From IMG/VR virus record IMGVR_UViG_3300009093_000042, positions 1 through 64,000 of that record: 64,000 nucleotides of DNA; one strand, written 5' to 3'. Made by a program: the position numbers and the translations under genes. The stretch is from a virus. Taxonomy: Duplodnaviria > Heunggongvirae > Uroviricota > Caudoviricetes. The notes below the pieces were generated by a model. That model saw nothing but the letters and a program-made list of their open reading frames with translations. It searched no databases and had not been told where the DNA came from. Below are positions 8,737 through 16,838 of the stretch, piece by piece (the first letter of the stretch is position 1; the number at the start of each line of letters is the position of its first letter).

Positions 8737-8976
8737 TTAGCCTGCTTGTTTGAGGATTTTCTCTAGCGCGAGAAACCGGTTTAAGAGAGCGTCGCGGATC
8801 ACCGTGGCTTCGCGCCCGAGAGCTTCCTGGCCCAAGGAATGAGAGAGCTGTGCCAGTTCATGCAAAGACTTCGCTGCTGTTTCCATGGCATGACCCAGGA
8901 CAACAGCTTTAGCGGCAGGCGTTAGGTGCCTGCCGCTAAGTACGATCGGTCTTTCTGGCTTCTTCCTGGAGGCCAT
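8737..8976 (-). CDS. hypothetical small protein
   Basis: 79-aa ORF. Confidence 0.35.
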   Translation of the reverse strand: MASRKKPERPIVLSGRHLTPAAKAVVLGHAMETAAKSLHELAQLSHSLGQEALGREATVIRDALLNRFLALEKILKQAG

Positions 8977-8981
8977 CCGAT

Positions 8982-10187
8982 TTATTTGAGGACGGGTGCC
9001 GGAGTGGTTGCCGGAGTAACCGCAGGCGTGGTCTTGACGCCGACCATCATCTGTTCGACGGAGTCCATGAAGCTGGACGTGAGCAGGTTCACTTTCATGT
9101 CCTGCGGCAGCCAGCCCTTCACGCCCGAGAACGCGGGTGCGACCTGCTTGGCGATCTCGATGCGGGCGAACACGTCGGCACCGGCCACGGCGTAGGATTC
9201 GAGCTTCAGCTTGTTGGCTTGGGCTTCGGCTTCACCACGGGCGAGAATACCCTTGGATTCGGCGATGTCGGCATCACGTTTGCCTTCGGCTTCCAGCACG
9301 CGTTTCTGCTGCTCGGCTTTGGCGGCGATGATTGCCTTTTCGTTGTCGGCTTCCGCTTTCAAGATGGTGACCTGCTTGTCCCGGTCAGCCCCCACGATCT
9401 GGGTGTTGGCGTCGGCCTGGGCTTTGGCTTTGGCCACCAGCGCTTCTGCTTCAGCGGCCTTCTGCTCCTCCACGGCGCGCAACTGGCGCTGCACCGCGAC
9501 CTGTTTGCCTTTGATTTCCTCGATGTATTTCGGGTCCAGGGCAATGTGCTCGACCACGAAATTTTCCACGATGATGCCGCGCTGAGGCAGCTCCGCGCTG
9601 GCCTGGTCCTGGCCTTTGCCTTGCAGCGCGTTCTGGATGTTCTGCTGGAGCGTCACGAGGCCGGAGCCGGAGTAGGCGTCAAGAGCTTTCATCTTGGTGG
9701 CTTCGTCTTTGACGACGCGCATCACGACCGGGCGAATCAGCTTTTCCTCAATGTCCGTGCGGACGGTTTTGTGGATGCTGACCAGGTTGGTCGGATTCAG
9801 CCGCCAGCGGATGTTCATCGAGATCGTCATGTCTTGGCCCTCCTGGGACTGCACCAGGTAGGCGTCAGTGGCGCGGCCTTCGCCCTTTTCTTCAGGCGTG
9901 GTGTTGTTATTCATCACGAAGATGCGCGAGGAGGCGTCGTACGTGATGATCTTCTGGCTCCAGGCAGGGATCAGAACTTGCAGGCCGGGCTGATAGACTT
10001 TGTCTTCGACGCCGTCGTGCCAGGTTTCCTTGATGCCGAGTTCATTGCCTTTGATCATCTTGTAGTTCACGCACTGCAAAAGCAGGAACATTACGATGAT
10101 GACGGCGATAGCGCCGCCGATTAGTTTTCGTGGATTCATATTGGATTCTTCTGTTTTTGGTTTGGTGGTCCTTCGTCGTGCTGTCAT
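8982..10187 (-). CDS. SPFH/band-7 (stomatin/prohibitin/HflK-like) membrane protein
   Basis: N-terminal TM anchor, then a band-7-like core (IRPVVMRVVKDEATK...GIIVENFVVEHIALDP) and an Ala/Glu/Lys-rich coiled-coil tail. ATGA coupling to the upstream small membrane gene. Confidence 0.65.
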   Translation of the reverse strand: MTARRRTTKPKTEESNMNPRKLIGGAIAVIIVMFLLLQCVNYKMIKGNELGIKETWHDGVEDKVYQPGLQVLIPAWSQKIITYDASSRIFVMNNNTTPEEKGEGRATDAYLVQSQEGQDMTISMNIRWRLNPTNLVSIHKTVRTDIEEKLIRPVVMRVVKDEATKMKALDAYSGSGLVTLQQNIQNALQGKGQDQASAELPQRGIIVENFVVEHIALDPKYIEEIKGKQVAVQRQLRAVEEQKAAEAEALVAKAKAQADANTQIVGADRDKQVTILKAEADNEKAIIAAKAEQQKRVLEAEGKRDADIAESKGILARGEAEAQANKLKLESYAVAGADVFARIEIAKQVAPAFSGVKGWLPQDMKVNLLTSSFMDSVEQMMVGVKTTPAVTPATTPAPVLK

Positions 10188-10408
10188 AGCCGTTTCCAGA
10201 GAACGGAAAGCGTGGCGTAAATGAGGTAGCCGATGAAAATAAAGGTCACGAAGGGAAGCGCCACCCGCACTTCAGCTTCTCTTTCGATCACCATTACGAG
10301 AAACAACGCCACCCAGATCACGCCAATGATCGCCAGGATTTTAATGTGGCGTTTGAATTTTGGATCGGTTTCCTTGGGAGCGCCGTTTTTAGAGGGTTCT
10401 TTGGCCAT
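10184..10408 (-). CDS. small two-TM membrane protein, putative SPFH partner (NfeD-like role)
   Basis: 74 aa with two hydrophobic helices. Translationally coupled (ATGA) to the SPFH gene. Promoter motif upstream. Confidence 0.5.
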   Translation of the reverse strand: MAKEPSKNGAPKETDPKFKRHIKILAIIGVIWVALFLVMVIEREAEVRVALPFVTFIFIGYLIYATLSVLWKRL

Positions 10409-10429
10409 AATGGTGCAGTGTCAGTTTGG

Positions 10430-10470
10430 TTAATGTAAACAAAAGGACTTTAGCGCGGACAGCGCTGTCG
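10430..10470 (-). promoter_or_regulatory. promoter-like element plus small hairpin upstream of the SPFH operon
   Basis: AATGTAAACAAAAGG, then an AGCGCggacaGCGCT hairpin. Confidence 0.4.
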
Positions 10471-10495
10471 TCAGTTACAATCTGAGAACGATTTT

Positions 10496-10852
10496 CTACC
10501 GGCCCGGAATGTTCGGTCTCTGCTCCGTCAGGTAGCGGGTCATCGCAGGCCGATTCTTCGCGTTGAGAAAGCACATGGCGACCACGGTAATGACGAAAAC
10601 GATTGCCATCACCAGGAAGCCAGTTTCGAGGCGAGTCATCTTCTGCTGAAGTACATCGGTTCGAGCACGCTCGTCGTTCAGGCTGGCGCGCAGCGCACCG
10701 ATGGAACTCGCCAGGCTGTTGATTTGCAGCGTGCTGGAATTGGTCGTGTAGTCGGTGTTGGTGCTATTGGGCACAACCGGGGGCGTGACGATCTGGGCTT
10801 TCAGGTGGAAGGCCGCGAACAGCAGGAGCAGTGTAATGATAGTGGTTTTCAT
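10496..10852 (-). CDS. membrane protein with signal peptide and C-terminal TM helix
   Basis: N-terminus MKTTIITLLLLFAAFHLKAQ and a C-terminal FLVMAIVFVITVVAMCF stretch. Confidence 0.5.
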   Translation of the reverse strand: MKTTIITLLLLFAAFHLKAQIVTPPVVPNSTNTDYTTNSSTLQINSLASSIGALRASLNDERARTDVLQQKMTRLETGFLVMAIVFVITVVAMCFLNAKNRPAMTRYLTEQRPNIPGR

Positions 10853-10908
10853 GTGAGATCATGTTTGGGTTTAATGTTACCGCTCGGACTGTGGTAGCAG
10901 GCCAGCCG

Positions 10909-10926
10909 GAAAATGTAAACAATTTA
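10909..10926 (-). promoter_or_regulatory. conserved palindromic promoter-like element
   Basis: AAAATGTAAACAATTTAC in the intergenic region between 10948..11244 and 10496..10852. Confidence 0.45.
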
Positions 10927-10947
10927 CTGCTTCCCAGTCGAGAAAGC

Positions 10948-11244
10948 TCATATAAATTTCAGCTCGTGCGCGTAGGCCCCGCCGCGATCAACCTTCAATG
11001 GAAACTGCGGCTTCTCAATCAGGGCGTAGTGATTCGCGTGACAGCAAGGTTCGAACGTGGTCGGGCCGCCCTCTGGGGGAGACACGCGCCCCACTCGCTC
11101 GCCATTCCAGGTGTGGACGATGATGTCGAGGGAGACTCCGTGCTCATCGGACCAGACATCTTTGATAATGCCGAGGAGCGGACGCCGAGTGTCCTTTTCT
11201 GCGACCCACTTGCCTTTTTCAAATTTTACAGCACCAGCTTCCAT
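10948..11244 (-). CDS. hypothetical protein
   Basis: 98-aa ORF. Confidence 0.4.
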   Translation of the reverse strand: MEAGAVKFEKGKWVAEKDTRRPLLGIIKDVWSDEHGVSLDIIVHTWNGERVGRVSPPEGGPTTFEPCCHANHYALIEKPQFPLKVDRGGAYAHELKFI

Positions 11245-11471
11245 TTGGCCTTTTCGTGTTTGACCGGCACCAGGTTGTCGAGAATCGCCTGGGTGATCGG
11301 CACGTTCTCCCCGCGATCCTTCGGCTTTTTGGTGCGGTCGGATAGTTCCAGGGAGTGATTTTCACCGTTGATAAAATGTACGATCGTGTAAAGGAATTCC
11401 TCGCCGTCGATGACAACGAGAACCATGTCCCCCTGGAGCTGGCGCAGTGTGTTTTTGTCCGTGAGTTTCAT
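11226..11471 (-). CDS. hypothetical small protein (trimmed to ATG at 11471)
   Basis: TAATG overlap with the upstream gene stop. Confidence 0.35.
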   Translation of the reverse strand: MKLTDKNTLRQLQGDMVLVVIDGEEFLYTIVHFINGENHSLELSDRTKKPKDRGENVPITQAILDNLVPVKHEKAKWKLVL

Positions 11472-11570
11472 TAAAACATTGAGACTATTGGGTTGCGCGC
11501 CCGTTGCTGCTTCCACGTGCTCTTTATGTGAGCCATCACCTTATCGAATTGTTCCTCAGTTACGCCGTCT

Positions 11571-11933
11571 CTAAGCGCTAGGTCCTTCGCCTGCATCATC
11601 GACAGCTCCATCACGTCCGGTGACAGCGTGTGGTAGAACAGACTGAACAGCATGGCCGACATCACCGTTACGTTTTCTCTTGAGCAGTTCAGCTCGGTCG
11701 GGATTTCCGGGCGAGCAACACCCCGCTCCGAAGGCTGGAGCTGCCCACCACTCGGGGACGGGACGAGCGAGGATGTCGTTGTAGATTCCGCATTTGTTTT
11801 CATGAGTCAGATATTTGCAGGCTCGATTGGTTGGCGACGTGACTTCGCCGAACGGGCACGGAGCCTGTCGGCAGCAATAACCGGAGTTGATGCACATCCG
11901 AGCGCCAGGATGGAGAGGGAGAGGTTCATTCAT
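11571..11933 (-). CDS. Cys-rich small protein (7 Cys), possible metal-binding
   Basis: ATGA coupling with 11930..12307 supports this frame over the overlapping ORF 11471..11803. Confidence 0.4.
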   Translation of the reverse strand: MNEPLPLHPGARMCINSGYCCRQAPCPFGEVTSPTNRACKYLTHENKCGIYNDILARPVPEWWAAPAFGAGCCSPGNPDRAELLKRKRNGDVGHAVQSVLPHAVTGRDGAVDDAGEGPSA

Positions 11934-12307
11934 CCTACCAGAACCGCCCAGGCGGTGTGCAATCGTTCTTTCAGCCTTTTGACTGTCAGTTCGAGCCGTT
12001 CCAAATTATCAGACACGCGAGAAATTTCTTCCACGGCCTGGGCTTCGGTCATCGTGGACTGTTTTCTACCTGCAAGCGGGGTTGCCTTCTGAACGGCCAG
12101 GGCGTCCTTGCGGATAATCTCCCGGCACTTGCTGCACTCCACGTAGCTGTAATTCAGTCCGCTGCAACAGAATTGATATTCCGCCTTCGGATGGAACTTG
12201 GCTCCGCAAATCGGCTTTTGATCGCAGACCGCGTGAACCTTAGCCGTGGGGTTGTTCTGCCCCGGCATTCCCCACCAGCCCGTTGATGTGACGCGCAGCT
12301 TGCTCAT
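11930..12307 (-). CDS. Cys-rich zinc-finger-like protein
   Basis: CDQKPICG...CCSGLNYSYVECSKC pattern. Confidence 0.45.
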   Translation of the reverse strand: MSKLRVTSTGWWGMPGQNNPTAKVHAVCDQKPICGAKFHPKAEYQFCCSGLNYSYVECSKCREIIRKDALAVQKATPLAGRKQSTMTEAQAVEEISRVSDNLERLELTVKRLKERLHTAWAVLVG

Positions 12308-12660
12308 TAAAATGCTCGTTTCACTTTCAGTTTATCCTCGCCATCCTGGACGAAGAAGGCCACGTCAGCCGGGATGTCCTCACCGTCCCAGGGCAGGTCG
12401 TATTCGGGTTTGAGTGAGAGCTTGCACTCCGTCCACATGCCCTGTTCGACGATCTGCTTGGCGATCTTCTCAGCCTCGGCCACGGCGTCTTCGCGCTTCT
12501 CGAATCCCGTGGTGTGGTGGCCTTTCGATTTATGGCGCACCGGCTTGCTGTCCGATTCCGGGCCTGGCAGCGGCGACTCGTAATAAATGACTGGATGCCA
12601 GCGTTTCAGCTTCGCGTTGAAGATCATCGCGACAACAGGATTGACAAGAAGTGCGTTCAT
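12307..12660 (-). CDS. hypothetical protein (117 aa)
   Basis: Minus ORF. Confidence 0.5.
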   Translation of the reverse strand: MNALLVNPVVAMIFNAKLKRWHPVIYYESPLPGPESDSKPVRHKSKGHHTTGFEKREDAVAEAEKIAKQIVEQGMWTECKLSLKPEYDLPWDGEDIPADVAFFVQDGEDKLKVKRAF

Positions 12661-12703
12661 TGTAATGTGGATGGGTTCCTTGTAATGGTGGTTAGTTAGG
12701 TTC

Positions 12704-12734
12704 GGCGGCCCTGAGTGGGGCCGCCATTTTTATT
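12704..12734. terminator. GC hairpin plus T-run oriented on the plus strand inside a minus-strand gene array
   Basis: GGCGGCCC-tgagtg-GGGCCGCC followed by ATTTTTATT. May act bidirectionally or on antisense transcripts. Confidence 0.4.
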
Positions 12735-12960
12735 GCTCTCGCATCAAAGTTTCTACGCGTTCCATGAATTTGGCTTCGTTGGCGGCAGCTTCCATGTGAT
12801 CACGCCGGGTGAAAAAATCCATGCCGAAAATCTGGGTCATCGCTGATTTATCCGAACCCTCTCCTTCCAGGGATTCACGTTTGGCTTTCCAGTAGGCGTA
12901 GTCCTCGCGGGCCTTCCTGAGCTGGCGGGCTTTGAGCCATTTGACGAATCTTTCGATCAT
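12730..12960 (-). CDS. hypothetical small protein
   Basis: ATG at 12960 lies 8 nt downstream of a TTGACA-N16-TACATT promoter. Confidence 0.45.
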   Translation of the reverse strand: MIERFVKWLKARQLRKAREDYAYWKAKRESLEGEGSDKSAMTQIFGMDFFTRRDHMEAAANEAKFMERVETLMREQ

Positions 12961-12995
12961 GTGAAAAATGTAAACAATTTATTGTTGGTGTCAAT
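12961..12995 (-). promoter_or_regulatory. sigma70-like promoter with -35 TTGACA
   Basis: Minus strand TTGACA-N16-TACATT-TTTCAC-ATG. The core is AAATTGTTTACATTTTTCAC. Confidence 0.55.
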
Positions 12996-13000
12996 GCCTA

Positions 13001-13786
13001 TCAATCACGTTCAGCTCTTTCGTGATCATCCATCGCCCGATCCACCACGTAGCCCATCATCTCGTGCTCTTTGTCCATGTCCGCCTGGATGGTGTTGCGC
13101 AGGTGCTCGCGAAACTCCAGCGGGTTCATCGGGAGTTTGAGCTGCATCACCACGCTGATCGGTAGCAGCCGGGTGATCTCCCGGTGATACGACATCAGAT
13201 TGCTGTATTTTCGGTCGAGCCACTTGTCATAATGACGGATCGGCCAGAGTGCTTGCTCAGCTTCACGCCGCGATTTGAAAAAGTCTGCCAGCCAGAAAAG
13301 GATGCCATCTGAACCTTGCTCCATGTCCCAGTAGTAGAGAATTCCCCACGCGTGCGACCGTGGATTGTACGCCGGTTCGACGAACTCACAGCTTCCCCGG
13401 CTGCCATAATCCGGCTCCTGGCGCGCATACTCCTGGCAGGCGAGGCAGGTCTGGTGATAGCTGCGAGAGCCGAAATAGGCATCCATTTTCCTGATGCCGC
13501 AGCACATGCAGATGGCATCCAGTTCCAGGGGCTTTTTGGCCGCGTGAAAGAGGGCCAGGCGCAGGCACTGCTGATCCACCCAGTGCTCGTGCTCACGAAT
13601 GTCAGCTTCCACTAGCGGCTCGTAAGCCTTCAGCTTTTCCAAGGCACTCGCCTTCGTAATGACGCCCGAAGTCACGTCGCTGCGGATTTTATCCCAGTCG
13701 GTGGCGATGGGTTCGCGGTCAAAAAAGATGTCGGCCCTGATCTTATTCTCATCCAGCAGTTGAATATCAGTAGTCATCTTCGACAC
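13001..13786 (-). CDS. hypothetical protein (261 aa), Cys-containing
   Basis: Long ORF. Confidence 0.55.
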   Translation of the reverse strand: MSKMTTDIQLLDENKIRADIFFDREPIATDWDKIRSDVTSGVITKASALEKLKAYEPLVEADIREHEHWVDQQCLRLALFHAAKKPLELDAICMCCGIRKMDAYFGSRSYHQTCLACQEYARQEPDYGSRGSCEFVEPAYNPRSHAWGILYYWDMEQGSDGILFWLADFFKSRREAEQALWPIRHYDKWLDRKYSNLMSYHREITRLLPISVVMQLKLPMNPLEFREHLRNTIQADMDKEHEMMGYVVDRAMDDHERAERD

Positions 13787-15638
13787 CTTTCCATTCGACG
13801 AACGTGAAATTTTTCTTCTCCATGAAAGCCTTCAGCACGGCTTTATAGTTGACCATGAGCGGGACCGCCCACTGGTACTTCGACTTCCAATCCCGGTCGT
13901 CCAGAATCTCCTCCGACAGCGACGGCGGGAGCGGCATTCGCATGAAGTCTGAGTTTTTCAACACGAGCTTGATCGGCTCCTTTCGGCGCTGGCGGCTTCC
14001 CCAATCTGCTCCTGCGGCGCGGCGCTTCATCCAGGGGTAATAATTCACGACCGGCTTGCCGTCCTCGATGCTGAGCACTTCGAAGATGATGGGCTTTGAA
14101 TCCTTGTAGGTCGTACCGTTGCTGAAGGACGTAGGACCGGCGACCCATTCGTCCACGTAGGCCACGATCCAGTCTCCCCGGTGCGCTTTGCCATCCATGT
14201 AAGGTTCGATCTTCTTCGAAACGCCGTGCCACGGCAGCGCCTGGCGGTAGTCGTAGATGAGGTTGAAATACTTATCCACGTTCTCCCAGTTGAACAGATC
14301 GGTGCCCCTGGGAATGTTCAGCAGCTCGGTGTTATCGACGATGCCCTGGAGCAGCACAGCGAAAATCATCTGCTTCTTATTCACTTTGGTCAGATAATCT
14401 TGCACGGCCTGCCTGAGCTGTTTGTCCAGCAATTCCGGGTAGGAGGAACTGTCGAGCCACTTTTCAATAGTGGCGAAGCGCTCATGCACGATCTGGCGCG
14501 TGAAGTAAGGCTCCTCCTCTTTCAGTGGGCCATGCTTCAGTTCACCCATCACGTCGTCCTCGGCTTTGTCGCCGATGGTCTTCTCCCGTTTTTCCTTGAT
14601 GGCAAAGGAGCTTTCCCAGACGTGATTCTGGACCACGCGCACGGTACGATCGAACTGTTCCCGATCCGGGAACACCGCGTTTTGGAAGGTAAATTCCACG
14701 TCCACGTGGAATACGTTCTCGCCGTCGCGCACCCAGATCATGTTCTGCATGTTCAACATGTTGTTGTACAGATTCACGAAGGCGTCGCGCCCGTAGTCCT
14801 TGTCCTCTTTGCGAATGCGCGTCGCCAGGATGCAGCGTTCGAAAGGCAGGAATTTCCAAATCCGGCCTGACTTCACGAGCCACTTCTCCAGGGCCTCCAT
14901 GTTTTTGAAATCGAAGTCCTTGAAGTTGGCCAGGAGCGCGATCTCCTCGGACAGGTAAACCCTGTTTTGAAAGACTGCGTACTTGCCGGTGCCTTTGTTG
15001 CCCGAACAAATCTGTGTGCGATGACGCGTGCCGTGAAGGTAAGCGTCCAGGATGCTGAGCTTCTGCTTCATGTCCCGGACTTTTGCGCTGAGGTCCCCGC
15101 TCAGGCGCGACATCTCCCACTTCCGGCGCATCAGGCCCATCTGTTCGGCCTGGATTTCCATCTGCATGTCATGCCTGCGCGCCTGGAAATCCACCAGGCT
15201 CGCGCCCATCGGGCTGAGCACCACGTCGGTCGTCTCGTTCGTATTGGCCGGGGCTGCGATCTGCTTGTGCTCGGGATGAAGGTACTTGTTGATGTCAGTG
15301 ACTTTGATCTCCAGGTGCAGCCCAAAGTCCCGACCGTTTCCATTGTGCAGGCCGCCCTCCGCGTAGTGGCGATTCAGGAGTTTGCGTGTGCGCGCAACGA
15401 CTTCTGGCTCGTCGCTCCAGACCTGGATGACTTCGTAAGCTGAGACACCAGGGAGACTGACGGTGTCCAGGAAGAACTTTCTGCCGACCGGCTCAGCCGG
15501 AAAGGCCATCGCACCGAAAATGATCTTGAGGGCGTCCTCAACATTCTGGGCGGTAGCGTGCCAGTCGCCGTTGCCGTCGCGCTCTTTGTGGGAATTTTCG
15601 TACGGATTGACTCCGATGACGTACAGAAAAGCCTTCAT
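13767..15638 (-). CDS. large hypothetical protein (623 aa)
   Basis: Long uninterrupted ORF. No recognisable catalytic motif by eye. Confidence 0.6.
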   Translation of the reverse strand: MKAFLYVIGVNPYENSHKERDGNGDWHATAQNVEDALKIIFGAMAFPAEPVGRKFFLDTVSLPGVSAYEVIQVWSDEPEVVARTRKLLNRHYAEGGLHNGNGRDFGLHLEIKVTDINKYLHPEHKQIAAPANTNETTDVVLSPMGASLVDFQARRHDMQMEIQAEQMGLMRRKWEMSRLSGDLSAKVRDMKQKLSILDAYLHGTRHRTQICSGNKGTGKYAVFQNRVYLSEEIALLANFKDFDFKNMEALEKWLVKSGRIWKFLPFERCILATRIRKEDKDYGRDAFVNLYNNMLNMQNMIWVRDGENVFHVDVEFTFQNAVFPDREQFDRTVRVVQNHVWESSFAIKEKREKTIGDKAEDDVMGELKHGPLKEEEPYFTRQIVHERFATIEKWLDSSSYPELLDKQLRQAVQDYLTKVNKKQMIFAVLLQGIVDNTELLNIPRGTDLFNWENVDKYFNLIYDYRQALPWHGVSKKIEPYMDGKAHRGDWIVAYVDEWVAGPTSFSNGTTYKDSKPIIFEVLSIEDGKPVVNYYPWMKRRAAGADWGSRQRRKEPIKLVLKNSDFMRMPLPPSLSEEILDDRDWKSKYQWAVPLMVNYKAVLKAFMEKKNFTFVEWKGVEDDY

Positions 15639-16066
15639 TCCTTTTCTCCCTTGATCACCGAGTCATTGAATTCGTTCGTCGTCAGCGCACCTTTGGCAAG
15701 CTGCACCAGGAGCGACTTGCCGCGCTCAATGCCTGCTTCGTGCGACAGTTGGATCGCCTCCTGGATGGCCTTAAAGAGATCGTTGAGCGCCTGGCGTTGT
15801 TCCGGCGTGGCAATGCGGATGGCCGCGTCCAAGCCGCGTGGGTAAAAGGTCCCGTAATCCGGGACGATGGGACTCACGTCACGTTCAGCGTTGGCTGAAA
15901 GCGTGCGCTTATCCACCTGGGGGAACATCAGCTCGATGATGCGGTAGTAGGCCGCCGTCGCTTTCGGGTAAAGCGTGCCGTCGCCAGAGATAAACCTGGG
16001 ACGGAAGTGCGCCTGGGCAACCCAGAAGGAGTTTTCAGGAGCTTTTGGTTTGCGACGAGTGCCCAT
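15635..16066 (-). CDS. hypothetical protein (143 aa)
   Basis: ATGA coupling with the downstream gene. Promoter motif upstream. Confidence 0.5.
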   Translation of the reverse strand: MGTRRKPKAPENSFWVAQAHFRPRFISGDGTLYPKATAAYYRIIELMFPQVDKRTLSANAERDVSPIVPDYGTFYPRGLDAAIRIATPEQRQALNDLFKAIQEAIQLSHEAGIERGKSLLVQLAKGALTTNEFNDSVIKGEKE

Positions 16067-16070
16067 AATC

Positions 16071-16087
16071 GAAAATGTTTACAAATT
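16071..16087 (-). promoter_or_regulatory. conserved palindromic promoter-like element
   Basis: GAAAATGTTTACAAATT, 4 nt upstream of the ATG of 15635..16066. Confidence 0.45.
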
Positions 16088-16100
16088 CTGTCAGACTCAA

Positions 16101-16616
16101 TCAATGAAAATATCCGATATTAGAAATTCTCCTGCCGCCTTTCGGGGTGCGCCCGAAACGACTGAGGAATTCGAACTTGATGCTGTCTGACTCTGCCCTG
16201 TCCATCTCTGGCGTGGATCGGCTGCCGAGTGCTTCGAACACGGCGCACTGCGCCTGCATGTCTCGCACTTCGTCCCGGCCATCCACCTGAAATTTATCAG
16301 AAGGTTTCTGCGCGTAGCACTTGGGATCAGAGCAACCGGAGCTGAAGAAGTATTCGAAAGCCACGAGGAACGATGTCGCGCTGAGATCAGTCAGGTTCTC
16401 GACAAATTCCAGGAAGCAGGCTGCGTGCTCCGGGCTGTAATCCTTTTTGATGCCGTCATGGATCATCTCCAGGTGGGTTGGACCGAGGTCGCCGCGCTTG
16501 GGTCCCCGCCCGGCGTAATAGCCAGAGCGCGCCAGCAACCGGCCAGAGCACCAGGCGTCAATGGCTTCGTAAAAGCTGGCCGGTGGATTCGTGGGTTTGG
16601 GTAGTTCTTTTTTCAT
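16101..16616 (-). CDS. hypothetical protein (171 aa)
   Basis: Minus ORF. Confidence 0.5.
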   Translation of the reverse strand: MKKELPKPTNPPASFYEAIDAWCSGRLLARSGYYAGRGPKRGDLGPTHLEMIHDGIKKDYSPEHAACFLEFVENLTDLSATSFLVAFEYFFSSGCSDPKCYAQKPSDKFQVDGRDEVRDMQAQCAVFEALGSRSTPEMDRAESDSIKFEFLSRFGRTPKGGRRISNIGYFH

Positions 16617-16837
16617 TATGGGTATTGGGTGAGGGAGTCCCAGGTCGGCAGGTTATACTGCGCGTCCGCGCTGAGACGTTTGTTTTCTTCTTTCCGCCAC
16701 GCGATTTCATGGTAGTAGCACGCGTGACAAATAATCAGATTGCCGTGGTGCGGATTCTTGCCGAGGGGCAGAACTCGCACTTCGCCGGTCGCGCTTTGGC
16801 AATGAGACCCGTCGCAGTTGGGATTCAGGTTTGCCAT
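16616..16837 (-). CDS. Cys/His-rich zinc-finger-like small protein (trimmed)
   Basis: CDGSHCQ...CHACYYHE pattern. TGAtATG junction with the upstream GHKL gene. Confidence 0.4.
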   Translation of the reverse strand: MANLNPNCDGSHCQSATGEVRVLPLGKNPHHGNLIICHACYYHEIAWRKEENKRLSADAQYNLPTWDSLTQYP

Positions 16838-16838
16838 A

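Noticed and set aside
9219-10124. Long plus-strand ORFs antisense to large minus genes. Examples are 9219..10124, 14181..14870, 31066..32226, 49917..51071, 53471..54313, 56860..57795 and 63291..63995.
   Set aside because: Their compositions are Arg, Ala, Leu or Val-rich in a way typical of the reverse complement of GC-rich coding sequence. Each overlaps a minus ORF with recognisable domains or coherent operon coupling.
11471-11803. 110-aa minus ORF overlapping the Cys-rich ORF 11571..11933.
   Set aside because: ATGA coupling to the upstream gene favours the Cys-rich frame. Only a possible ~46-aa C-terminal remnant (11471..11608) would be compatible, and that is too uncertain to report.
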